This document shows, one piece after another, positions 56,175-64,000 of a stretch of DNA of 64,000 nt. The position numbers and the translations under genes were made by a program. The stretch's first letter is position 1. Every line of letters starts with the position of its first letter. Origin of the DNA: Gemmatimonadota bacterium (lineage in GTDB: Bacteria; JBHIER01; G020348925); the NCBI GenBank assembly GCA_020348925.1, contig CP070758.1:2309688-2373687 (forward strand), given 5' to 3'. The notes below the pieces were generated by a model. It searched no databases. It worked only from the letters and a program-made list of their open reading frames with translations, and had not been told where the DNA came from.

Positions 56175-57059
56175 GTGGCGAAACGGAGTGATTACATACT
56201 CGGTACGATTATTGTTTTCAGTGTGCTTTTCTTTTTAATCGCCGTAACATTCGTATTTTGGACGGTGAGCAGCAGAGGTGGTTTCGCCTTGGGTACGAGT
56301 GGCGACCGCGTGGCCCTTGTCGAGCTTCTGGGACCGATCAACAGTTCGGAGAATATTGTGCGGCAGTTGAAGAAATATAAGGAGAATGAGTCTGTGCCGG
56401 CAATTGTTCTCCGAATCAACAGCCCCGGTGGAGGTGTTGCAGCTTCGCAGGAGATCTATCATGAGGTGAAGCGGGTTCGGCAAGCCGGAAAAAAGGTGGT
56501 GGCCTCCTTGGCCAGTATTGCCGCCTCCGGAGCGTATTACGTCGCCTGTGCGGCCGATACTATTGTCGCCAATCCGGGAACCTTGACCGGAAGCATCGGT
56601 GTCATTTTAGAATTTCCGAACACGGAAGAACTGTTTCAGAAAATTGGGATTCGATTTGAGGTTGTCAAGAGCGGGACCTTTAAGGACATAGGATCGCCCA
56701 TGCGAGAAATGACCGAGGAGGAGCGGACGCTGCTCCAGGAGATGATTGACGATACGTACGAACAGTTTGTGGATGTCGTGGTCACCGAGCGCGGACTTGA
56801 TCGACAGGATGTCCTGGAACTGGCCGATGGCCGGGTCTTCAGCGGACGACAGGGGCATGAGTATAGATTTGTTGACGTCTTGGGTGATTATGAGGATTCG
56901 ATTACCTTGGCCGCCGAGATGGCAGGGATTGAGGGGAAGCCGAAGACGATTCAGGAGTGGCGAAAAAAGATAACAGTGTGGGATGTCCTGCTCGATAAAC
57001 TCGATATGGTTGGGGACCAATCCCATCTCATGCCTTCTCTGGAATACCGATTTCGGTAG
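56175..57059 (+). CDS. sppA: Signal peptide peptidase SppA (short type)
   Basis: LRINSPGG, AASGAYY, TGSIGV, KSGTFKD, ADGRVFSG; N-terminal TM helix. Confidence 0.93.
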   Translation: MAKRSDYILGTIIVFSVLFFLIAVTFVFWTVSSRGGFALGTSGDRVALVELLGPINSSENIVRQLKKYKENESVPAIVLRINSPGGGVAASQEIYHEVKRVRQAGKKVVASLASIAASGAYYVACAADTIVANPGTLTGSIGVILEFPNTEELFQKIGIRFEVVKSGTFKDIGSPMREMTEEERTLLQEMIDDTYEQFVDVVVTERGLDRQDVLELADGRVFSGRQGHEYRFVDVLGDYEDSITLAAEMAGIEGKPKTIQEWRKKITVWDVLLDKLDMVGDQSHLMPSLEYRFR

Positions 57060-57072
57060 CTGAGGGTTTGTC

Positions 57073-57303
57073 ATGCCAATTTTTGAATTTGAATGCAAAC
57101 GGTGTGGAAAGCAGTTCGAGGAATTGATCTTGAGCCAGGCCGATGAAAAAGCTCTGATGTGCCCCAAGTGCAGCAGCAAGGGCATCACAAAGCTCTTCTC
57201 AGCCTTTGGTTTCAAAGCGGGTTCTCGAGTGGTCACTTCGCTTTCAGGCACTGCTGGGTCGTGTACCGCGTGTACGGCAAAAAGCTGTGCCACGTGTCAT
57301 TAA
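57073..57303 (+). CDS. FmdB family zinc-ribbon protein
   Basis: MPIFEFECKRCG..CPKCSS, C-terminal CxxCxxxxCxxC. Confidence 0.9.
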   Translation: MPIFEFECKRCGKQFEELILSQADEKALMCPKCSSKGITKLFSAFGFKAGSRVVTSLSGTAGSCTACTAKSCATCH

Positions 57304-57336
57304 ACAGTTCATGGCTTTTCCGAAAGGGGGTTGGAT

Positions 57337-57621
57337 ATGACGAAAGCCGATATTGTGAACGAAATAGCAGATCAAACCGGTCTGACGAAGACGGATACTG
57401 CCCTGGTCGTTGAAGGCATGCTGAAATCGATTTCGAATGCTCTTGTCAACGGCAAGAATATCGAAATCAGGGGATTTGGGCGCTTTAAGGTGAAGCAGAG
57501 AGCCCCTCGGACGGCCCGCAATCCGAGGACAGGTGATGCCGTTCCCATCCCAGCGCGGAAAGTACCGATCTGGCAACCCTCTGATGAGTTGAAGGAACGA
57601 GTTTCAAGGACGGGTTTTTAA
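57337..57621 (+). CDS. HU/IHF family DNA-binding protein
   Basis: MTKADIV, IEIRGFGRF, ARNPRTG..IPAR. Confidence 0.93.
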   Translation: MTKADIVNEIADQTGLTKTDTALVVEGMLKSISNALVNGKNIEIRGFGRFKVKQRAPRTARNPRTGDAVPIPARKVPIWQPSDELKERVSRTGF

Positions 57622-57703
57622 TTCTTTCGATTAAATCCCCGAGAATAAATTTGAAGAGAACGTTATGTGTGGTCGTGGAAGACCATAAAGGGAGGTGATG
57701 TAT

Positions 57704-57799
57704 TTGCCGAGTGGAAAAAAGAGAAAACGCCATAAGATTGCCACTCATAAAAGAAAAAAGCGATTGAAAGCAGACCGCCATAAAAAGAAGAAAAGATGA
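57704..57799 (+). CDS. 30S ribosomal protein bS22-like (AURKAIP1/COX24-domain) basic peptide, 31 aa (absent from ORF track)
   Basis: SD GGAGGTGA then TTG; translation MPSGKKRKRHKIATHKRKKRLKADRHKKKKR*; stop overlaps the next ATG (ATGA). Confidence 0.88.
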   Translation: MPSGKKRKRHKIATHKRKKRLKADRHKKKKR

Positions 57800-58272
57800 C
57801 CATTGGAGTTGTTTCGGATACCCACATTCCAGTGCGGGTTTCCCAGCTTCCCGAGGCTCTGGTGCGAGCCTTCAGAAAAGTTGATATTATTATGCATGCC
57901 GGGGACTTCGTCTCATTCGAAGCGTATGAGGCGTTGCGACAATTATCCCGACTGGAAGCTGTCGCTGGAAATATGGATGATTCAGAACTCGTCAGTCTGT
58001 TGCCGTCCAAGAAAGAGATTGCGGTTGATGGGTTGACCATCGGGTTGATACATGGTTGGGGTGGTCCTGCCGATCTCCCGGGTAGAATGCGTGCGCAGTT
58101 CAGCAGCGATATTGACTGCATTGTCTTCGGTCACTCGCACGTGCCGTACACCAGAAAGGAAGGCCAGACACTGCTCTTCAACCCCGGCAGCCCCGTGTTC
58201 AGTCCCAATCAGACGTTCGGCCTGTTGATGGTGGAGAACGGCGTGATCTCGGGAGAGATTATCCCCTGCTGA
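57796..58272 (+). CDS. YfcE/MJ0936-like metallophosphoesterase
   Basis: SDTH, HAGD, GNMD, HG, GHSH, NPGS motifs. Confidence 0.92.
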   Translation: MTIGVVSDTHIPVRVSQLPEALVRAFRKVDIIMHAGDFVSFEAYEALRQLSRLEAVAGNMDDSELVSLLPSKKEIAVDGLTIGLIHGWGGPADLPGRMRAQFSSDIDCIVFGHSHVPYTRKEGQTLLFNPGSPVFSPNQTFGLLMVENGVISGEIIPC

Positions 58273-58281
58273 GAGAGAGAC

Positions 58282-58518
58282 ATGGCCTATTTTATCGTCA
58301 AACTGCTCAATGTTTACATAATTGTTATCCTTATCCGGGTTGTTCTCTCGTGGGTACGCCCGAATCCCTACAACCCCTTTGTCCAGGTGATCTACAAACT
58401 GACCGAACCGGTATTGGCACCCATTCGACGAATCGTTCCACCCTTCGGAGGCACGATCGACGTCTCTCCGATCATTCTTTTCATCATTATCTATGTGATC
58501 ATCAGTATTCTCGTGTGA
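58282..58518 (+). CDS. yggT: YggT family membrane protein
   Basis: LIRVVLSW, LTEPVLAPIRRIVP, IDVSPII. Confidence 0.92.
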   Translation: MAYFIVKLLNVYIIVILIRVVLSWVRPNPYNPFVQVIYKLTEPVLAPIRRIVPPFGGTIDVSPIILFIIIYVIISILV

Positions 58519-58537
58519 GGTTGAAAGAGATCTCGAA

Positions 58538-58957
58538 ATGAAATGGAAAAAAGTTGAGGGCGGATACCTTGTTCGCCTGGAACGAGGAGAGGACGTCCTC
58601 GGTACATTGACCGAATTTGTCGGACGACGGGATATCAAGAGTGGGACAATTCAGGGCCTCGGTGCAATCAAAGACCTTGTATTGGGCATCTTTGATCCTG
58701 AGAAAAAAGAGTACATAAAGCGGACCTTCGAAGAAGATCTGGAGCTGGGCAATCTGACTGGAAACATCTCCATCCTTGACGGGAAACCACTCCTGCATTG
58801 TCACGTCACAGCAGCCGGTACAGACCTGAAGGCCTATACCGGACACCTCTTTTCGGCCACCGTCTCGGTTACGGGCGAGTTTGTGATCACCCCTTTTGCC
58901 GAAGAGATCACCCGCGCTCCGGATGAAGACGTCGGATTGAATCTGTTGGATTTGTAA
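58538..58957 (+). CDS. PPC/DUF296 domain protein
   Basis: LVRLERGEDV, GLGA, LTGNIS, LHCHV, GHLFSA. Confidence 0.9.
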   Translation: MKWKKVEGGYLVRLERGEDVLGTLTEFVGRRDIKSGTIQGLGAIKDLVLGIFDPEKKEYIKRTFEEDLELGNLTGNISILDGKPLLHCHVTAAGTDLKAYTGHLFSATVSVTGEFVITPFAEEITRAPDEDVGLNLLDL

Positions 58958-59242
58958 AATAGTAATCCTTCTCTCTCTCACTCTTTTCCACTTCATTACT
59001 TTAGCGTTTTGACAGTTTACTTAATAAGCCCCTACACCATTTAAATAAATCTTCCGATAGAAATCCCCTCGGAACGGGACCGTTTTGTGCTTCTTCTGCA
59101 AAGATTGAAGATTAAAGATGCGACACCGGGTGCTCTGTTATACCCCTGCTTCCTACTCCTTAACTCTATATTTAACACCCCAGCACCCCTGCACCTCTGC
59201 TCATCCGCATTCTCACTACCGATCTCCAATAATAGTTTCGTA

Positions 59243-59271
59243 TTGACAATCACATCTCAAAGTGATAGATT
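59243..59271 (+). promoter_or_regulatory. Putative hicBA promoter with an inverted repeat in the spacer
   Basis: TTGACA-17 nt-TAGATT; ATCAC-N8-GTGAT at 59249-59266. Confidence 0.65.
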
Positions 59272-59316
59272 TGAATTGAGTTACGTTCAATTAGTACAAA
59301 AGGAGGTGTTTTAAAA

Positions 59317-59550
59317 GTGGACAAGTTCTCAGTCCAGGTAATTGTTGAACAAGATGAAGATGGCCGCTACATTGCTTCGTGTCCCAGCTTGCAGGGATGC
59401 CACTCGCAGGGAGATACCTTTGAGGAAGTGCTGGAAAATGTTAAGGATGTCATAGCAATGTGTTTAGAGGAGTTGAAGAAGGAAAATAAAGCTCTCGACC
59501 TTCGATATCCAGAAGTGATAGCCATCAAACATCTTGAAGTTGCAATATGA
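59317..59550 (+). CDS. hicB: HicB family antitoxin (short, no C-terminal DNA-binding domain)
   Basis: VIVEQDEDGRYIASCPSLQGCHSQGDTFEEVLENVKDVI; SD AAGGAGG with GTG start. Confidence 0.9.
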   Translation: MDKFSVQVIVEQDEDGRYIASCPSLQGCHSQGDTFEEVLENVKDVIAMCLEELKKENKALDLRYPEVIAIKHLEVAI

Positions 59551-59780
59551 CTGAAAGCAAAATTCCGATCCTCAAGCCGGATCAACTCATCCGGGCTTTA
59601 GAGAAATTAGGGTTTAGCCGCACACGAAAGTCAAGAAGCGGGTACCTCAGGTATTGCCATCCAGATGGAAGGAGAACGACAGTCCCTGCTCATAAAGGCA
59701 AAACGATAAGCAGAGGATTGCTAAGAAAGATAATACGCGACGTCGATATATCATTTGAAGAGTTGAAAGATTTGCTTTAG
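59547..59780 (+). CDS. hicA: HicA family toxin (catalytic His position substituted)
   Basis: LIRALEKLGF..HPDGRRTTVPAHKG..GLLRKII; ATGA overlap with hicB. Confidence 0.88.
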   Translation: MTESKIPILKPDQLIRALEKLGFSRTRKSRSGYLRYCHPDGRRTTVPAHKGKTISRGLLRKIIRDVDISFEELKDLL

Positions 59781-60446
59781 AGGATAAATACCCAAGTCCA
59801 AATAGATTCACTCAATCGTTCCCACTGACCACAGACCTCTATCCAATGGTCTTTTCGATATTGTAACTCTTTCCGTCTTTCGTCCTCCGTATTCCGTTTT
59901 CCAGTTTCCCTTTGTTTAGCTCTTGCTTCTCACCTCTGAATTCTGACCTCTATGTTAGCGACCCCTGCACCTCTGCTCCTCCGCACCCCAGCACTCTTGC
60001 ACCTTGATAGATCTCATTAAAATTGATAGTAAAGATTAAAGATCAAAGATGCGACCCCTACGGCGACGACCCCTACGGCGACCCCTATGGCAAAGATTAA
60101 AAGTCAAAGATGCGACCCCGTCGGCAGCGCCCTGCTGCTCTGCTCCTCCGCACCCAAGCACTCATGCGCCTCGACTGATCCTATTGAAGTCTATAGCTAA
60201 GATTAAAGATACGACTCCATTGTGCATCATATATTACTGCTGTCAAGAAAAATTTTATGTCGTGAAGAAATCGTCGGGTTGAAGATTCGAGTGTTAAAAT
60301 GAGAGGACATTGCGGTACTTTATTGTCATTCGGTCATCCTTTTTTCGAAACAGGAACATCTCATCGTCATATGCCCGCTGCTCGTCAGACGTGACACGTG
60401 GTGACCGGGATTCAGAGAGGAAGAAGAAACAGGGGGGAGTTTATTC

Positions 60447-60475
60447 TTGACACGGGTATACCCAATACGTATTTT
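60447..60475 (+). promoter_or_regulatory. Putative sigma70 promoter for the aminotransferase
   Basis: TTGACA-17 nt-TATTTT; palindrome GGGTATACCC in the spacer. Confidence 0.55.
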
Positions 60476-60531
60476 TCAGACCAAGATTTATGCAAATTCT
60501 GTCTGTGTATTTGGAATTATGAGGAATTTTT

Positions 60532-61671
60532 ATGATCTCATCGCGAGCTGAGAACATCCCCTCTTTTCTTGTCATGGATATTTTGGAGGCCGCTCAGGAG
60601 CTGGAGCGGGCGGGGGAGGATATCGTGCACCTTGAGATAGGGGAGCCGGACTTCGGAGCGCCGGAATACGTGGTTGAAGCCGCAGCAAGAGCGCTCAGGG
60701 AGGGCAAGACGAGGTATACCCATTGTCAGGGTATCATCGAGCTGAGGGAGGCCATCTGCGACCATTATTTCAAGAATTATAACGTTGCGATTAATCCGGA
60801 TCGGGTCTTCGTCAACTCCGGCTCGAGCCCGGCCATGTTCAGCGTCTTCGGCGTCCTTCTCGATCCCGGTGATGAGGTCATCCTGACCAATCCGCATTAT
60901 GCTTGCTATCCGAGCATCTTCTCTTTCCTCGGGGGCCGGCCGATGTATTTGAATCTGAGGGGAGAAGAGGGTTTCCGCTACCGGGTCGAAGACGTGAAGG
61001 GTCTTCTCACGCCGAAGACGAAGGCGATCCTGATCAATTCCCCGGCCAACCCCACCGGGATCGTCATAAAGAAAGAGGACCTCGAAACATTGGCCCGAGG
61101 CGAACACGGCTTCATCATCTCCGATGAGATCTATCACGGACTTGTCTACGAGGGGCAGGCCCACTCCATTCTCGAATTCACGGACAGGGCCTTCGTTCTC
61201 AACGGGTTTTCCAAAGTTTACGGCATGACGGGCTGGCGCTTGGGGTACACCATCGTGCCGCAGGAATTCATCCGGCCCATGCAGAAGGTGCAGCAGAATT
61301 TCTTCATCTCAGCCAACGCCTTTGTCCAATGGGCAGGAGTGGCGGCACTCACAGGGCCGCAGGATCATATCGGGCAACACGTGACGGAGTACGATAAGAG
61401 ACGCCGGTTCCTCATCCAGCGATTGCGGGAGATCGGCTTCGGGATCGGGTCGGAGCCCACCGGGGCCTTTTATGTTCTGGCCGACGCGCATCGGTTCGGT
61501 TCCGATTCCCACAAGCTGGCCTTCGAGCTTCTGGGCCGTGCAAAGGTGGGTGCAACGCCGGGCATCGACTTCGGATCCAAGGCCGAGGGGTTCTTGAGAT
61601 TCTCCTATTCCAACGCGTTGGACAATATCGCTGAGGGCATGGACAGGTTGGAGAGGTATTTGCAGGGGTGA
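60532..61671 (+). CDS. PLP-dependent class I/II aminotransferase
   Basis: LEIGEPDF, NSPANPTG, SDEIY, GFSKVYGMTGWRLG. Confidence 0.93.
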   Translation: MISSRAENIPSFLVMDILEAAQELERAGEDIVHLEIGEPDFGAPEYVVEAAARALREGKTRYTHCQGIIELREAICDHYFKNYNVAINPDRVFVNSGSSPAMFSVFGVLLDPGDEVILTNPHYACYPSIFSFLGGRPMYLNLRGEEGFRYRVEDVKGLLTPKTKAILINSPANPTGIVIKKEDLETLARGEHGFIISDEIYHGLVYEGQAHSILEFTDRAFVLNGFSKVYGMTGWRLGYTIVPQEFIRPMQKVQQNFFISANAFVQWAGVAALTGPQDHIGQHVTEYDKRRRFLIQRLREIGFGIGSEPTGAFYVLADAHRFGSDSHKLAFELLGRAKVGATPGIDFGSKAEGFLRFSYSNALDNIAEGMDRLERYLQG

Positions 61672-61713
61672 TACCGGACGTGTGTGATATTCCGGAGGCC
61701 GTTTTCTGCTGTG

Positions 61714-61826
61714 CCTGTCATTTCGAGGACCGAAGCCGGAGGCAAGGATGGCTGAGGAGCGAAAAATCTGTTTCCGTCGAAGAGCTGGATTCCGCGATTC
61801 GGCCTCGCCTCACTCTGAATGACAGG
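61714..61826. repeat. REP/MITE-like palindromic element upstream of purD
   Basis: Terminal inverted repeat CCTGTCATT...AATGACAGG with internal partial hairpins. Confidence 0.6.
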
Positions 61827-61870
61827 GAGGTCGAACCAGAGTGAACAGGTTCTACTGAAGGAGCAATTCA

Positions 61871-63139
61871 ATGAAAGTACTGGTTGTCGGAGGGGGGGGG
61901 CGCGAGCATACGCTCGTGTGGAAGATCAATCAGAGTCCGCTGGTGGACGCCATATACTGCGCACCGGGGAACGGCGGGATCGCCCGACTGGCTGAGTGTG
62001 TGCCCATCAAGGACGATGACATCGGATCCCTCGTCGATTTCGCCAAGAGTGAGGCCATCGGTCTGACGGTCGTCGGCCCGGAGCTGCCGCTCACTCTGGG
62101 TATCGTCGATGCCTTTCACAAGGAGGGCTTGAAGATATTCGGCCCTTCGAAGGAAGCGGCCCAGATCGAGGGGAGTAAAGTTTTTTGTAAGAATATTCTC
62201 TTCAAATACGGCATACCGACGGGTGCCGCTGAAATTTTCGATGACAGAGACGAAGCCGTTGCCTATGTCAAAGGTCAGGAGACGCCCATCGTGGTCAAGG
62301 CCGATGGGTTGGCTGCGGGCAAAGGCGTCATTCTCGCGGATAGCCAGGAGGAGGCCCTGGCCGCAGTTGATCTGATCATGATCGAGCGCGCCTTCGGCGA
62401 TGCCGGGGAGCGAATCTTGATCGAGGAGTGTTTGACAGGCCAGGAAGCTTCGATATTGGCTCTGACTGATGGGGAGACGATTGTCCCCCTGGTGCCGTCG
62501 CAGGATCATAAGCGTGCCTATGATCACGATGCGGGGCCGAACACAGGGGGCATGGGCGCCTATGCACCTGTGCCTGCCATGAATGAGCGGTTGCTGAGAC
62601 AGATCTACGATGACATATTGGAGCCCACAATTATGGGTTTGGCGGAGGAGGACATCACATACAGAGGTGTCCTCTACGCCGGCCTGATGCTGACCCCGGA
62701 GGGACCGAAGGTCCTTGAGTTCAATTGCCGGTTCGGCGACCCGGAGACACAGGTCGTCTTGCCCCTGTATAAGGGCGACGTGGTCGAGGCGATGCTGGCC
62801 GTGGAGGAGGGGCGGCTGGGTACGGTCGGGGTCGGCACGGATCGGGGTGCTGCCGTGTGCGTCGTGCTGGCCTCGGGCGGCTATCCCGGGTCGTACCGAA
62901 AGGGAAAAGAGATCCGCGGTCTCGAGGCGCTGGATGGGCTGGATGATGTTGTCGCCTTTCATGCCGGCACAACAATGTCCGATGGCAAACTATGCACCGC
63001 TGGCGGTCGGGTCCTCGGTGTGACCGCTTTTGCGAACGATATTCAAAGAGCGATTGACCGCGTCTATGAGGCCGTTGACATCGTCACCTTCGATGGTATG
63101 CACTACCGGAAGGATATCGGTCGTCGGGCGTTGGGGTAA
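61871..63139 (+). CDS. purD: Phosphoribosylamine-glycine ligase
   Basis: GGGGREH, VVGPE, VKADGLAAGKGV, GPNTGGMGAY, EFNCRFGDPE. Confidence 0.97.
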   Translation: MKVLVVGGGGREHTLVWKINQSPLVDAIYCAPGNGGIARLAECVPIKDDDIGSLVDFAKSEAIGLTVVGPELPLTLGIVDAFHKEGLKIFGPSKEAAQIEGSKVFCKNILFKYGIPTGAAEIFDDRDEAVAYVKGQETPIVVKADGLAAGKGVILADSQEEALAAVDLIMIERAFGDAGERILIEECLTGQEASILALTDGETIVPLVPSQDHKRAYDHDAGPNTGGMGAYAPVPAMNERLLRQIYDDILEPTIMGLAEEDITYRGVLYAGLMLTPEGPKVLEFNCRFGDPETQVVLPLYKGDVVEAMLAVEEGRLGTVGVGTDRGAAVCVVLASGGYPGSYRKGKEIRGLEALDGLDDVVAFHAGTTMSDGKLCTAGGRVLGVTAFANDIQRAIDRVYEAVDIVTFDGMHYRKDIGRRALG

Positions 63140-63156
63140 AAATGAGAGTAAATCCG

Positions 63157-63254
63157 CATTGCGAGGAATCCCGCACTTCTGTACGGGATGAGGAAGCAAT
63201 CTTTCACCAATATTAGGAGAGGTTGCTTTACTTCACTGTGTGAGGTTCGCAATG
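63157..63254. repeat. REP/MITE-like palindromic element between purD and purE
   Basis: Terminal inverted repeat CATTGCGA...TCGCAATG; internal hairpins ATCCCG..CGGGAT and AAGCAATCT..AGGTTGCTT. Confidence 0.65.
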
Positions 63255-63310
63255 AGGGGAGAGCGATTTAAGATGTGGACTGAATTGAAAAATTGAAGGA
63301 GAAAGCAATC

Positions 63311-63772
63311 ATGGCCAAACCAGTTGTAGGGATCATCATGGGCAGTGAATCGGACCGGGAGGTCATGAGTGAGGCGGCGAAGCTGCTCGATCACCTCGGA
63401 ATTTCCCACGAGACGGTGGTCTCATCGGCCCACAGAAACCCGGAGAAGACGAGGGCGTATGCCCAGTCGGCCGTGGGTCGCGGGCTGAAGGTCATCATAG
63501 CCGGAGCCGGGATGGCGGCCCATCTGGCCGGCGTCGTGGCGTCCGGAACGGAGTTGCCCGTTATCGGAGTGCCCCTGGCGGGTTCGGCCCTGAGCGGGGT
63601 CGATGCCCTGTACTCCATGGTCCAGATGCCGGCCGGCGTCCCGGTGGGAACCATGGCCATTGGCAGGGCCGGTGCCAAGAATGCGGCCCTCTTCGCTGCC
63701 CGGATGTTGGCCCTGACGGATGAAGAGGTAGCCCGTAAATTGAAACAGTTCAGGGAAGAGATGGCGAAATGA
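63311..63772 (+). CDS. purE: N5-CAIR mutase PurE
   Basis: IIMGSESD, SAHRNP, AGAGMAAHLAG, VQMPAGVPV, NAALFA. Confidence 0.97.
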   Translation: MAKPVVGIIMGSESDREVMSEAAKLLDHLGISHETVVSSAHRNPEKTRAYAQSAVGRGLKVIIAGAGMAAHLAGVVASGTELPVIGVPLAGSALSGVDALYSMVQMPAGVPVGTMAIGRAGAKNAALFAARMLALTDEEVARKLKQFREEMAK

Positions 63773-64000
63773 GGTTGATGGGCTCTGATGGGGCCACCTG
63801 CACCAGAATCGGTCTGCTCGTCAACATTCTTTTGACAGTACTGAAGCTTGCGGCCGGGATCCTGGGCCGGAGCCAGGCCATGATCGCCGACGCCCTCCAT
63901 TCCTTCTCCGATGTGGTGGCCACAGGGGGAGTCTATATCGGTTTCAAAATCGCCGAGAGACCGGCGGACAGGAACCATCCCTTCGGCCACGGCAATGCTG
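63769..64000 (+). CDS. Cation diffusion facilitator (FieF-like) transporter, 3'-truncated (absent from ORF track)
   Basis: Manual translation ...GLLVNILLTVLKLAAGILGRSQAMIADALHSFSDV...RPADRNHPFGHGN; runs off the window end. Confidence 0.9.
   Translation, partial: MRLMGSDGATCTRIGLLVNILLTVLKLAAGILGRSQAMIADALHSFSDVVATGGVYIGFKIAERPADRNHPFGHGNA

Larger units (their letters stand above)
59108..60218 (+). repeat. Dispersed direct repeats and degenerate 7/8-mer tandem repeats bracketing hicBA
   Basis: Motif A, core AAAGATRCGACNCC, at 59108-59127, 60039-60058, 60100-60119 and 60199-60218. Motif B CCCTGCxxCTCTGCTCxTCCGCA at ~59186, ~59962, ~60130. Three CGACCCCTAYGG copies at 60052-60090. Heptamer run (TTTCCGT-like) at ~59869-59910. 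Confidence 0.8.

Noticed and set aside
60030-60220. Possible CRISPR array, or the 77-aa ORF at 60049-60282
   Set aside because: The repeats are degenerate and irregularly spaced, with no uniform spacers and no cas genes. The ORF is a translation of the repeats.
61868-62962. 364-aa antisense ORF across purD
   Set aside because: Shadow of GC-rich purD; no independent evidence.

Overview
Bacterial chromosomal window, probably from an anaerobic diderm of the FCB superphylum (KSB1/Latescibacterota-like). That assignment is inferred from T9SS-type C-terminal domains, a bS22-like peptide and strong Shine-Dalgarno use. The first 22 kb is a tandem array of three secreted, apparently non-catalytic structural proteins. 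One is 5'-truncated; the other two are about 3,030 and 3,670 aa and are built from about 25 and 29 ASH/choice-of-anchor-D Ig repeats plus cohesin-like modules. All three end in the same T9SS type-A/FlgD-Ig sorting domain, and the truncated one also has a dockerin. A separate AT-richer two-gene insert (39.4-41.6 kb) encodes small cohesin+dockerin proteins with no sorting domain. Together these suggest a scaffold with cellulosome-like modules but no enzymes. In the 3,030-aa protein, cysteines co-vary across repeat junctions, implying disulfide-stapled rigid segments separated by an unstapled hinge. Metabolic and envelope genes: M16 peptidase; an uncalled 2x[4Fe-4S] ferredoxin coupled to an archaeal-type geranylgeranyl reductase; yjbQ; an envelope operon (DUF512-der-plsY, uppS-TPR-cdsA-dxr-rseP) whose usual bamA slot holds a peptidase-propeller-Omp85 fusion; DUF362 plus polyferredoxin. 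The right-hand part holds thiC-dinG-uvrC-MBL-xerD and two radical SAMs; a lytic transglycosylase; sppA-FmdB-HU-bS22(uncalled)-YfcE-YggT-DUF296; a repeat-flanked hicBA whose toxin lacks the catalytic His; an aminotransferase; purD flanked by REP-like elements; purE; and a partial CDF transporter. I recognised no rRNA, tRNA, CRISPR array or intact transposase. All domain calls come from motif recognition, not database searches.
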